A stretch of 64,000 nucleotides of DNA from Lama glama (Eukaryota): positions 7,070,001-7,134,000 of the forward strand of contig CM052817.1 in NCBI GenBank assembly GCA_028534125.1, read 5' to 3'. The first letter of the stretch is position 1; each line of letters starts with the position of its first letter. The translations under genes were made by a program, and so were the position numbers. This document shows positions 49,581 through 61,795 of this stretch, in pieces. The notes beneath the pieces were generated by a model, which had not been told where the DNA came from, made no database searches, and worked only from the letters and a program-made list of their open reading frames with translations.

Positions 49581-51213
49581 TTTCCCCGTAGTACGTGTAA
49601 TCTATTTCCTCATCAGAAGTCTCCAGGACTATTTTAAGAACTTTTTACATAGTTCAAGGTCTACTGTTACCTTATCTTTGGTTTGCATTCCACTTTGCTA
49701 CATGTCAACCCTGTGTTTAATTTATTCAGTAGATACAGATCAGAATAATTCATTCAGCAGATAATAATAATTCATTCACTAGATATAGAATAGAATGTGT
49801 AATTCATTCAATAGATAGTTTCAAAATTTCCTATGAAGGCTTAGAAAGCCCTTCATTGACAATCCTCTTCTTATGTTTTTATGCCTCAGTCTTGGACTCT
49901 TCTGCAGGCTTATAGTTTCATTAATTCCACAAAAGCCCAGTGACTTATTTTCCTCAAATGTACTAGTTAAGATCATGTTTCTATAATTTGGAACAGAATG
50001 TTCACTATGCTTGACATAGACTCACCTTCACCCAATCTGCTCAGGGAACTTCTACACATGATGAAAAATTTCACACACACTGTCCCTTCCTTTTTGCCAT
50101 TCTCTTCATCCAGGTTATGGTGAGTCCTCCTCCTCATTCCCGTAACATGTCAAGCTAACCTTCAACTCAATGTTTCTAAGACCTGCCAATCTTCACACAC
50201 GCACACACACACACATACACACAGAGGGAAAAACAGGTTCCTAGACCAGATCCAACTCAGCACGATCAAAACTTCCAGTGGAGGTGCCTGTAAACCTCAA
50301 TGTTTATGATCTCTACAGTCAATTTTATGATCAGACAAGTCCAGTACTTACTTAAATGGACCAGACATATAAGTTGCATTAAAATTGTCCGTGTCTGTCT
50401 GTCTGTCTTCTCTATGTAGCTTCTGGCGTCCTTTAAGATTGTAACTGTATCTTATTTGGTATTGATTTTCTAGTTTATTGCCAGGAAATGCAGTCTTCAG
50501 AAATTATTTGCTGAATGAAGGAGCTAACAAAAGAATACTCTTACAATGAAACAATACACACACCTCGTAGGTTATCTGTGGAAAGCACTCTAAGTCATCA
50601 TGAGGAAGAATTCCAGACCTCCTGCTGCTGACTTTTGTCTGGCATTATGTGTTTTGTTTTCACTTTGGAAAATATTTGGAGTTAGATCAGCAGATTCCTT
50701 TCCTTAAAGAATTGGTATAAATTCTGAAGCAGCTGATCATCAGAGTCAAACTAGGTTGAAGAGATTTTGGCTGTGGATGAATATACATCCAACATTCAAC
50801 ATGAATATAGACTTGACTTTGTTGAAGTTCATAGTAGGTGATATATAGGGACAAAAAAAAAAAAAGAAGGGTCTTTCATGATAAGAGTTCTAAATGATGG
50901 AGAAGAAGATTAGTAATAAGTAAGGATATCAAAGAAAAGACAGAGATAGCAGACGAGAGATTAAAATATATCCCTGAGTTCTGGGACTTCTGCCATCACA
51001 AAGGACCACTTCCATTTATAAGCTGTATCTCTGTTCTTTGCATAATAAAGTTCACACTCCTCCTCATGTCACGTAAGGCCCCCCAAGTCTGGTCCAATCA
51101 ACTCTGAACATTTTATTGTATTGGGTTCATCACTCATCCATAGGACCACTCATAAGAAACATCTCTCTTCTCCCTCTTCCTCTTCTCTCTCTTTCTTTCT
51201 CTCCCTCATGAAC

Positions 51214-51945
51214 TGTTGTATCAAAGAGAACCCAAGCCAGACACTAAAGAAGGATTCTATTCAGTGATGAATAGTGCAACAGGGAAGAAGTTTCGGTGTA
51301 AACTGAGCTCAACTTTGCCTGAACAAAAGGGAGGAGACTTTTTTAAATGCTGGGGTGTTTTTAAGGAAGGGCGCTAAAGGGCTTGGAGGGCAGGTTTGGT
51401 TCCCGTGACCACATCACCTGTGTTTGCTAATTGGCACTTCCAGAGGGAGGAGAAACAAACTTCTTTTTTTTTCAGTTTTCATTAATTCAGCATTTAAAAA
51501 AATGAGGCATCGTCAAACGACAATATTGTGAAGCAAACTTCTCGATGACAGAACCGTAGTTGTGAAATTTGGAGCAGGGAATCAAAAGTCTCCCATGAGG
51601 TCTTGGCCGGGAGGAGGGGAGGGTTAGAGCTATCTCCTGGGTTTTCTGCATTTCAGAGTCTGTTCCAGGCTCTTGAGGAGACAGTAGACGATTCCTGTCT
51701 CAAAGGGCAGATGAAAGATTTCTCACTGCAAACTTAACTGCTCTAAAGGAGGCTCAGGGTTTGCAGTCCTATCATCGAATTCTGGCTAAAACAGTGAGTT
51801 CTCCTGGCACCCTTGAACTTTCTTAGGCAGGCATTTTAAGGAGCCTGGGGACATCCTGGGGACACAGCTTTAAGCTGCTAATGCCACGTTAGAGTTGATC
51901 AGCTCTCTTTGTGAAGAGGCCATTTGAATGCTGAGAGGTTTTACA
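51214..51945 (-). mobile_element. ERV1-class solo LTR (MER31/MER67-like)
   Basis: TG...CA ends; AACTGAGCTCAACT, TGTTTGCTAATTGG, TTTCTTAGGCAGGCATTTTAAG and TTAAGCTGCTA motifs. No clear TSD, so family and boundaries are tentative. Confidence 0.65.
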
Positions 51946-52387
51946 TTTCTCACTTGACCCTGGGATACTCCTACCTTCATTTCTCCCTAGAATGTTAATA
52001 CAGAAATAAAATAACAATAATATACAAACAAAGCTAATATTCATGATGAGCCGTGAGGGGAGAAAAGAAATGCCATTTCCCAGGCAGTGAAAATATCATG
52101 TAGAAAGAATAATCATAAAGGAAAATTCCAGAAAAGCCAGAGGATGGTCATCATGGCTAGCGAGTTAACATCTCCGTTCCTCAGTATGACAGGCAGAGAT
52201 TCATCTACTTGTCAGCTCTTTGACTTCCTCGAGCAAAGACCCCTAATACTAGCAGATATGCATGTGACCGACCCCTGCTACCGGACATTGGAAGATCCTT
52301 ACCAAACAGAGCATGTCAACAGGGTACCCCGGCAAACAGGGGGGTCAGAGAGAACCCCTGTGGGAAGCAGGCACCTGAAGAGACAGG

Positions 52388-52857
52388 CGTTTCAGTTGTC
52401 TACTGCTGTACAACAAGCTGACCTACAGGAACAATCCTTTTCCATCTCTCATGATTTTGTGGGTCAGGAACTCGAGCAGAGTTCAGCTGGACGATTCTTC
52501 TGCTCCATGTGGCATCAGTTGGGTCATTCTGTGATTTTTAAGTGGTGGCTTTATTCTCAGAAGGGACAGTTGGAAGGTTGGTCTTAGCGGTGCCCATCCC
52601 CCTCTACCTGCAAATCTCGTCCACATGGTCTCTCTAGCAAGAGAGCTGGGGGACTCAGGGCCCCCAGAGACAAAGAAGAAATGGCCAGCCTTCCCAAAGG
52701 TGGAATTCAGAAACTGGAACTTGTAAAGCATCACTGTCATTATGCTCTAAGGGTCAAATCAGCCACAGCCAGCCCAGGTTCAAGGCGAGGGAAATAGACT
52801 CTACTTTTTGGCTAAAGGAGTGACAAATAAGGTGTGGCCATCTTTAATCTACCAGCA
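52388..52857 (-). mobile_element. MLT1H-like MaLR solo LTR
   Basis: TCTCATGATTTTGTGGGTCAGGAA...TCAGCTGGACGATTCTTCTGCTCCATGTGGCATCA...CCAGCCCAGGTTCAAGG..AGGGAAATAGACTC...GTGGCCATCTTTAATCTACCA. Confidence 0.85.
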
Positions 52858-53074
52858 TAGACTCATAGAGACATTAGCTATTTACCCAGAATCTGCCATG
52901 TCTCAAGAAGAAAGAGAGATTAGGCCTTTTCATGGTTGTGTTTATATTATCAAGTAAAGCATGTGAATGATGCCAATGGGACAAAAGTAAAAGTAAATAA
53001 AATGACCCCTAATGTCTACCGTGTGTACAACACATCTTCGTGTTCCTTAGTAAGTGTGTTAATTGCTATTATTA

Positions 53075-53262
53075 AACACCATCCATGTGCCGCCATTTTT
53101 ACTTGCGTCATGTAAGTCTCACAACAACCAGTTTGAGAAAGGCATTTCATCTTCATTTTGCAAGAGAAGACGCTGATATTCAGAAACACAGGTTTTGTTG
53201 CCCTGGGGCACACAGAGTGCTGGAGTTGAAATTTTTTGATATCCAAGTCTGTGGTCTTTCCA
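53075..53262 (-). mobile_element. MIR SINE
   Basis: TCTCACAACAACC...CATTTTGCAAGAGAAGACGCTGA...TTGCCCTGGGGCACACAG. Confidence 0.7.
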
Positions 53263-54209
53263 TGGGGTCACATCGCCACCCCACGTGCAGCTTAAAGACC
53301 CCTGTGCTGTGAGAACAGGAGGCGTCACTCCCGCTTCGCAAACAAGAGAGCCCAGCTTTAGGGTGACGGTGCACAGCTAACAGACTCACACCCACGCATC
53401 CGTGAGCTCCAGAAATTTCAGGTGTTACACATGCCATTTCTCTGCAATAATTTCAACTGTGTCGAAGAACATCCACGCTGTATGTAGCCTTTTATCATTT
53501 TTATGCTCGTGACCGTGCGCTAATGGAAAATGTAAATTCTTCACAATTTACAGCGGGTTTTACATCAGTGGCAGTGTTCCCATAGTTCCGTTATCTCAGT
53601 TTGCCTTAAACATTTATTACTAATTTGACACCAGTGATGTTCTAATTAAAGTTCATTCTCTAACGTGAAAAACAGTATGATTTAAAGCAGCGAGAATAAT
53701 TTTCTTCCGTTTAGATTGCCAGATAGTTCATGGGTGGCTTACATTTTTGTCATTTTGTCTATTTGCTTAGGAAGTCATCATTCCCTTCGTTCTTACCCCG
53801 TATTACCACCCTGCATTTTCCCAGCTAATTCTTGTGTTGCATTAAAAGCTCTTTTATGCAATGGGTTTTCGTTTGGGCAAAATTGTTAATTAAAGTAAGT
53901 ATCTAAATTGCTTAATTGCCTGACAGAAGATGTTCGATTTTCCCAAGCATGACCTATGCTTTCAGCAGAAAGGTTATTAAAATCTTTCATATTTAAGGGG
54001 AAAACAGTGCTTTGAAGATACAGTGACGTCATCCTAAACCCTTTCAATACAAGTAGAATTTGCATAAGCTTTACTCAGTAACCAGTCCCTGCTGGTTCTA
54101 CTTCCTAAATACATCTCACAAAGTGCCTTTTTTCCATCCAAGTCCCTTCCTCACTCTAGGTCACTGGTTAGTTCTCAAACTCTGCATTTTTCCTACCCTA
54201 CCCTCACCT

Positions 54210-55062
54210 CCAGCGTTTTATTCTTCAGTTCTGATTGGTTCTTTCTTGTATTTTTTAAGACTTTGTTGAAATTCTCACTGAGTAGTACCTCCATTATTCT
54301 CCAGAGTTTGGAGAGCATACTCAGAATATTTTTGTTTTTAATTCTTTATCAGGTAAATTACTTACCTCTGTTTTATTAGTTTTTTTGCTTTGTTTTGTTT
54401 TTCCTAAAGTTTTATTTTGTTTTGTTTGAAACATATTCCTCTGTCTCCTCATTTATTTTAACTTTCTGCTTTTGTTTCCATGAATTAGGCAAAACAGCTG
54501 CCTCTCCTGGTCCTGAAGGAGTGGACCCGTGTGGGACAGTCAGTCCCCTGTGTAGACTGCTTGAAGCCGGCAGCTTTGGCAGGCAGGCTGGGGAGCGCTG
54601 TGCCCAAGGCGGACTTGGTGGGGTGGCTGAAGTTGGAGTGGGTATGTGCCAGGGAGAGTCCCTGGGGGACGGGAACAATGATGCTCACAGGTGCCTCCAG
54701 CCCTGGAGAGAGCTCCAGCAGCTTCCTGTACATTTGGCAGAAGCTCTCGGGTTAACAAATGGATTTCCTTTCCCTATATTCTATGTGCCCTTTAAGTTTC
54801 TGCTATTTCTCTGGGTCCCAAAGTGGGTAAGTCTGCACTGGACCCCTCAGCAGTATACTCCCTACTGCCTTGAGGATGCGGTTCCCATGGATATCATGTC
54901 TTCATCTTTTCTACCAGTTGCTATGTGGTCCTTCCAGTGCAGTAGCTGTTCAATCAGCCCTCAGGTGTTCTTCAAGAAGAACTGCTCTATGTTTAAATGC
55001 AGACTCAGCGTGTCCATGACAGGAGGTGAGCTCAGGGTCTTTCTACAGCACCGTCTCGGATC
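54210..55062 (-). mobile_element. L1 5'UTR / ORF1-start fragment lacking the 3' part
   Basis: TTCTTTATCAGGTAAATTACTTA, TTTGAAACATATTCCTCTGTCTCCTCATTT, GAATTAGGCAAAACAGCT and a terminal GGAGGTGAGCTCAGGGTCTTTCTACAGCACCGTCT, which is a decayed antisense AAGATGGCG-type 5' end. Confidence 0.75.
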
Positions 55063-56024
55063 TCTTCTCTCTTCCCCCTTGTTCTTAATATAAAAGTAAA
55101 AATGACTTAATTAAGGCAGAAACTCTTTTCTAGGAGCCAAGGGGGAAAAAAAGATGAAAAAGAACACCTCTTCAATTCTTTTTTTGAGAAACCTGCAGAG
55201 CACTTAAAATATTTTATATTTTGTATTAAATATTTCCGTTACACTAGAAAGGTTCATAACTCCCAGTGAACAGTTCTGCAATTAAAATATTTAACTGAAG
55301 AAAAAGGATATTATTTTTCCCCTACTGAAATCTAAAGTTAGTTAATTTTTTATTCTGTAATGTTACTTTGGACTCCCACAAAGACTTACCCTACATTAGA
55401 AATATTTTGCACTAAAAAGTCTTTGATTCCTAGCTTTCAAATTGTAAATAATATGTAAACATTGTTTAAAGTGATAAAATAAAAGATGAATCAATCCATT
55501 TTAATAGTCCACATGAATAATTATTGGATCAATAATTCAGATTATATAACCTACAATTAAATATATTCAGTAATTTAATAAATTTCATATTTTATAATAT
55601 TTTTCAAGTTTATCAAAAGTAATTAATTCCTTACTCCAAAAAGTGTCCCTGACTTATTAAATAAATAAAAATATTTAACTGTCTTATGGACTATATTCAA
55701 TTAGCAAAACTTTAATACTCAGCATAGCAAAATGTTTAAGGTCAAGCAAATGCATTTAGGATTTTAACTCAGAGGCATATCTTATAAAAATGTTGAATGA
55801 AGTTCAAAGCTAGATATTTTGAAAGCAGAAGTCTTTGAAATCAGTTCACAATTGTTTCATGTTAATGGATGTCAATCACTTTTCTTTTCAAACTTTTGAG
55901 TGCATCCTCTTTGCCTTCAAAAGTCACCATATGCTTGTTTTCAGAGACTCAAGCATGGAAAGTAACTCAACGCTATTTCTTGAGTGAACTGTTCACTTGA
56001 TATTGTGTTGGAGAGGCTGGCTAA

Positions 56025-56178
56025 CCACAGGGTGGCCTCTGGGCCAGCAGCATTGACCCCACCTGAGAGTCAGGCACAAAGGCAGAATTCAGACCTGCCT
56101 CAGTCCTGTTGAATGAGAACCTGCATCTTCAACGGGGTCCCATGGCTTTGAACGCACCACACTTGAGCAGCAGCACTG
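56025..56178. mobile_element. MER5A-type hAT-Charlie remnant
   Basis: CCAGCAGCATTGACCCCACCTGAGAG...GCAGAATTCAG...TGAATGAGAACCTGCATCTTCAAC...TTGAGCAGCAGCACTG. Confidence 0.75.
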
Positions 56179-56294
56179 AAGCACAGGACTTAACTACTGA
56201 GGCTTCATTATGCCTTTGCCTGGTCACGGGTCCATCACTTTAAAGTGCCTTGTACAGGGCCAATGGTCTATAAACATGAATTATTATTATTGGA

Positions 56295-57050
56295 CGTGGC
56301 GCAGAGACGTCATTTGATTGCTTGTACCACAGCAGTGCCTGTGGTCCAAAGAGACTGCGCTCTTGACTTTGAATCAGAAGACCTGAATTTAATTTGTCAC
56401 TTCCCACCTGTTTTATCTCAGTTGCCCTATTCAAATTCCCTGAATTTCAGATTCCCAGACTGTAAACCCAGAATGATGGCATTTCAGGGTTAATGTGAGG
56501 ATCTAATGAGGCAATAATAGGCAATCACTTTGTAAACTTTACAATTCTGCACATAGTTATTAATACTGGAGCTCAGTGTGAGGCCTTGGGTGTTGTAACC
56601 ATCAAAAGTAACAGGCTGAGTCCAGCCAATCTATGTACCATTTTCTTCCTCAGTAACTTGACACACCCAAGGCCAGATGCTGGCACAGCATCACACGGTA
56701 CAGCCTCCCGGCCCGGGCCAGCTGTGCTGGGTGCTCCTCCCCATTCACAGGGCTCAGGTCCATGAGAACTGCTGCTCCCAACTTTCTTCTCTGGCTCTGC
56801 CACGTCCTTATGAAGTGTATTATGAAGTCCTCATCGATGTGCTTACATCAGTTCAGCACATCCACTCCCACGCAATGCTCTATGAGAACAGACACTGGGA
56901 GAGCAGTGGTCCTGCCCCTCCTCTTTACAGACGGTGAATCTCAAGACCAGAGAGGGAGAGAAAAAAGCCTTGCTGAGGTCATGGAGTTAAGTATTGGGAG
57001 AGATAAATCCACAACACAAATCTGCTCAGTCCCAGACCCATGTTCTTTCC
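56295..57050. mobile_element. Two MIRs (+ 56295-56565, - 56810-57050)
   Basis: GACTTTGAATCAGAAGACCTGAATTT...TTCAGATTCCCAGACTGTAAA...GTGAGGAT; and CTCTTTACAGACGGTGAATCTCAAGACCAGAGAGG...CTTGCTGAGGTCA. Confidence 0.7.
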
Positions 57051-57829
57051 AATTCCCTTGTCCTGTTTCTATAATTACCATGCGGACAATAACAAAGAAG
57101 CATACCATAACACTAATAAGGCGTCCGATTTACATCGCCGTGGTTTTTTGTTTCCATCTTTGCAAATGCTAGCCTGTTACAAATGTTGGTTTTAAAACCC
57201 CGTTTTCACAGCCAGAGTGCATGGATTGAGGGGATAATGGCATGCACATTAATAAAGATAATGGTAGAACTGACAATTATATGGGTTATAACAGTTCACA
57301 AAGCATTGTACACGCATCGGTTCAATTGTTTTCTCTTCAGCATAAATAAACACACATTTTGGAATGGGAAGAGGGGCCTGGCATCCTCTGCTTTCAGGGC
57401 AGGCAGACCTTTCCCCAGCCTCCAGGCTCAAGTCGTAGCATCTCTCTCACATGAAACTTGTGTTTTGTCATCGACTCAGAGGACAATTTTTACCTTAAAT
57501 CACATAAACTCCTTTTAATTAAATTGTCCTTTCATCCCTAATGGGGGGATGGTGTGTGAACAAGTGTTTGTCTCAGCAGAGCAACATGGTGCTAAGGAAA
57601 TAACACACTCTCAGTAATGCCTGTAAACTCATGGGTTAGATAAAATTCATATAGAGGATCCAAGGAAGAAGTTACTGTAATAAAATTGAAAACTACCCTC
57701 ATGCTTACAGTTTTGTTACAGAAAGGGATCAGGGATGAACAAAAATTTATACAGCACATTGTATACACTCTATACACTTCTGTGTGGAAAATAAAAAGGA
57801 AAATTCATATACAGGATGGATTAATGATT

Positions 57830-57832
<3 letters not shown>

Positions 57833-57864
<32 letters not shown>
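57833..57864. repeat. (AC)16 microsatellite
   Basis: Perfect AC run followed by ATATAT. Confidence 0.95.
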
Positions 57865-57872
<8 letters not shown>

Positions 57873-59360
57873 GTGGTGCATTGAGAAACTGAGAAAAATC
57901 TGTTCAATGGGTTGATTTGGGGTCGTGGAATCCACATGTTGATAAGTGAGGCATCTAATTATTAGCTTTTGCAAAGTACAACTCCTGAATTCTTTTATCA
58001 AACTATCTTCCAAAACGTCCCCTTTTCTAGTCTCAGTAAATGTCCTTGAGACTTGCTCATTGATCCAGCCCCAAACTACGAGTTACTGCTACGTGATTTT
58101 TCTCCCTCCATTATGGCATGCAATCACTGCAAAACTCTTCAGTTAAATTTTGAAAAGACCTCTGGAATCTGTTCACAGCTCTCCAACTCCACTGCTCCAG
58201 CACAAACCTTCCTGTCTTGCCTTGATTGCTGTAAATTCTTTTTAAATTAGTCCCAGCATTCAATCTTCATTCCTGCACTCTGATCTTTCATTCTTTATCT
58301 GCATTTCAATCAGTAAAATAACCGTTTGACCGCTCTGTGAGTTTTGAAGAATGCATTAAAAATAGTTTCATTGCCCTCCAATATTCTCTCCTTTCTAGTA
58401 AATCTCAACTCCCGTTCATGATTACTCTGACCTGCTTTCCATTCTGTAAATTTGCCTTTTCTAGGAAATCATATAGGCAGTATCATATTCTCCCACTTGG
58501 GAAAATGTATTTGAAATTCACCCATATTGTTGTGTGTGGTTTGTTCTTTTTCATTACTGAGTTGTATTCCACTGTAGAGATATCTCATCATCTGTTTGCC
58601 CTTTCACAAGTTGCAGATCATTTGGATTGTTTCCAGTTTGAGATGATTGTGAATAAAGTCGCTATATACATTCCCACACAGGTTTTTGTGTAAACGTGGC
58701 ATTTTAGTTCTCTGATGATTTCCTAGGAGTCAGATTGCTGGGTTATATTGTATGTATACATTTGACTTTATAAATAATTGACAAATTGTTTTCCAGAGTG
58801 GCTTTACCATATTTCATGTTTATGCAAAATATATGAGAACACTCCAGTCATTACATAATTTTGCCAGCACTTGAAGGCTATATGTATCATAATATTACAT
58901 ATTATATCAGTATATTATAATATTATATATCATATATAATATTAAACTTCTTTTCATGTGCTTATTTGTCACCTATATATATTTTTGGTGAAAATTTGTT
59001 ACCTATTCTTTGTCAGATCTGAGTTTGCCAATATTTTATCCCAGTCTATGTCTGATATTTTATTCCCCAAGCTGCGTCCTTCACAGAGAAAACATTTTAA
59101 AATCTAAGTTTAATGTATCTATTTTTTTTCTAGATCAGGATTTTCATGTCATATCTAAGCTATCTTCACTTAGCCCAAGATCACAAAGTTTTGTAGTTTT
59201 AGATTTTATATTCAAATCCATAACCAATTTTGAGTTACATTTCTGTAGAAGACACAAGATACAGGTCAAGCCTCTTCCTTATTCTTTTTTTTTTTTTGTG
59301 GATGTAACTTTTTTTTATAATACTTCAGGTATCACATGTTAAAAAGCATACATATTTTTT

Positions 59361-59545
59361 GGACAGGGGGATTGTATAGCTCACTGGTAGAGTGCATGCT
59401 CCGTGTGCAAAAGGTCCTGGGTTCAATCCCCACTACCTCCATTAAAGTAAATACATAAATACATACATGTATACATACATACATATATACACAGGTAAAC
59501 CTAATTACTCCCCCCCAAAAAACAAAAAAGACTTTTTTCAAAAAA
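59361..59545 (+). mobile_element. tRNA-derived SINE of the camelid vic-1 type
   Basis: A box TAGCTCACTGG (59377-59387), B box GGTTCAATCCC (59420-59430), (TACA)n middle region, AAACCTAATTACTCCCCCCC and an A-rich tail. Imperfect TSD AAAAGCATACATATTTT / AAAAGCGTACAATTTT at a TT/AAAA site. Confidence 0.88.
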
Positions 59546-59853
59546 ATGTTTAAAAGCGTACAATTTTCTTATTGAACTCTCTTTTCATGTTTGACAAAAG
59601 CCAATTGTCCATTTATGTGGACTCTATTTCTGGACTCTCTGTTCTACTTCAAGTTCTATGTATTTATCCTTTACATTAATACTGTGCTGTCTTGATGATT
59701 TGTAGCTTTAGAGTAAGTCTTGGAACCAGACAGTATGAGTCCTCCAGCTTTCCTCATTTCCAAAATCATTTCGGTTACATCAAGTATTTGAATTTCCATG
59801 TAAACTTTGCAATAAGCTGTGCAATTACTATCAAAAAATTCAGCTGGGATTTT

Positions 59854-61289
59854 CTTGTAATTGAAGTGTAGTTGATTTACACCGTTGTGTTAGTTTCTGG
59901 TGTACAGCATAGTGATTCAGTTATACATATATATATATATATATTCTTTTTCATATTCTTTTTTATTATAGGTTATTGCAAGCTATCAAATATAGTTCCC
60001 TGTGCTCTACAGTAGGAGCTGCTTGTTTATTTATTCTGTATATAGTAGTTTGTATCTACTAATCCCAAACTCCCAGTTTGTCCCTCCTCACCCTTTCCCC
60101 TTTGGTAACCATAAATTTGTTTTCTGTGTCTGTGAGTCTCTTTCTGTTTTGTAAATAAGCTCATTTGTGACAATTATTTTAGATTTCACATGTAAGTGAT
60201 ATCATATGATATTTGTCTTTCTCTGACTTACTTCATTTAGATAATCTCTAGATCCATCCATGTTGCTGCAGATGTCATTATTTCATCCTATGACTGAGTG
60301 GTATTCCTTTATATATATACACACACACTATATCTTCTTTATCCAGTCATCTACGAATGGATATTTAGGTTACTTCCATGTCTTGGCTGTTGTAAATGAT
60401 GCTGCTATGAACATAAGGATGTGCACATATCTTTTCAAGTCTTTTTCTGGATATATGCCCAAGAGTAGGATTGCTGGATCATATGGTAAGTCTAGTTTTA
60501 GTCCTTTGAAGAATCTCCATACTGTTTTCCATAATGGCTGCACCAAACTACATTCCCACCAGTGGTGTAGGAGGGTTCTCTTTTCTCTATCCCCTCTCCA
60601 GCATTTATCATTTGTGTACTTTTTAATGATGGCCATTCTGACTGGCGCAAGGTTATATTTCACTGTAGCTTTGGTTTGTATTTCTCTGATAATTAGAGAT
60701 ACTGAGTATCTTTTCATGTGCCTGTTGGCCACCTATATGTCTTCATTGGAGAAATGTCTGTTTAGGTCTTCTGCCTATTTTTCGATTGGGTGGTTCGGGA
60801 TTTTGTTGTTGTTGTTGAGTTGTATAAACTGTGTATTTTGGGAGTTAAACCCTTGTGAGTGGCATTTTTTGCAAATATTTTCTCCCAGTCCGTAGGTTGT
60901 CTTTTTGTTTTGTTTATGGTTTCCCTTGCTGTGCAAAATCTTGTAAGTTTAATAAGGTCCCATTTTTTCATCTGTGCTTTTATTTCTATTGCCCTGGTAG
61001 GCTGACTCAGGAAAATATTGCTACAGTTTATGTCAGAGAATGTTTTGCCTGTGTTCTCTTCTGGGAGATTTATGGTGTCCTGTCTTACGTTTAAGTCTTT
61101 AAGCCATTTTGAGTTTATTTTTGTGTGTGGTGTCAGGGAGTGTTCTAACTTCATTGATTTACATGTGGCTGTCGAGCTTTCCCAACACCACTTGCCAAAG
61201 ACACTGTCTTTTCTCCATTGTATGTTCTTGCCTCCTTTGTCGAAGATTAATTGCTCGTAGGTGTGTGGGTTTATTTCTGGGCTGTCTAC
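59854..61289 (-). mobile_element. Younger 5'-truncated L1 (1436 bp) nested in the old L1M
   Basis: Perfect 13-bp TSD CAGCTGGGATTTT (59841-59853 / 61290-61302) followed by AA, giving the L1 EN consensus TTTT/AA. Confidence 0.95.
60370..61289 (-). pseudogene. L1 ORF2: LINE-1 ORF2p C-terminal remnant (frameshifted)
   Basis: DSPEINPHTYEQLIFDKGGKNIQWRKDSVFGKWCWE...KWDLIKL...DWEKIFA, then in another frame MANRHMKR...[32 protein letters not shown]...LPYDPAI. Confidence 0.93.
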
Positions 61290-61669
61290 CAGCTGGGATT
61301 TTAATTGAGTTTTCATTAAATCTATGGATCAATTTGGGGAGAACTGACATCTTAATGTCGTGTCTTCTTAACCATGAACTCTCTATATCTGTCTGTCTAC
61401 ATTAATTCCTTTTGTCAGTGTATTGTAGTTTTCAGTGAACATACTTGGCATATATGTTGTTAGTTTTACCTGAGTATTTCATGGTTTTTTATTCTATTTT
61501 TAAAATTTCAATGTCTAACATTTCATTGATAGTATATAAACATAAAATTGATTTTTATATTAACATTATTTACTACAAACTTGTTAAATATATTTAGTTT
61601 GAGAACCTTTTTTATTGATTCTTTGAGTTTTTACACAGGAAATAATGAATAGAGACAGTTTTATTTTTC

Positions 61670-61795
61670 TAAATAAATAAATACATAAATAATAAAATAA
61701 ATAAAGTTTTATTTATACCCTATCTGTCTGTCTGTCTGTCTGTCTATCTACCTACTTATCACTTACCTATCTCTATTATCTAATTATCTATCTGT
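61670..61795. repeat. (TAAA)n and (TCTG)n/(TCTA)n simple repeats
   Basis: TAAATAAATAAATACATAAATAATAAAATAAATAAA; TATCTGTCTGTCTGTCTGTCTGTCTATCTA. Confidence 0.85.

Noticed and set aside
49718..49818. Repeat-spacer pattern as a CRISPR array
   Set aside because: Mammalian DNA, 5-15 bp linkers, no cas genes.
52087..52587. 166-aa ORF
   Set aside because: The C-terminal third lies in an MLT1 LTR, and there is no domain or splice support.
54395..55093. 232-aa ORF
   Set aside because: Antisense read-through of a decayed L1 5'UTR, with a non-ATG start.
55140..55750. Very AT-rich stretch, possible DNA transposon remnant
   Set aside because: No terminal inverted repeats or TSD could be identified.
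59366..59440. tRNA gene
   Set aside because: It is a SINE head: degenerate stems followed by a SINE body, A-rich tail and TSD.
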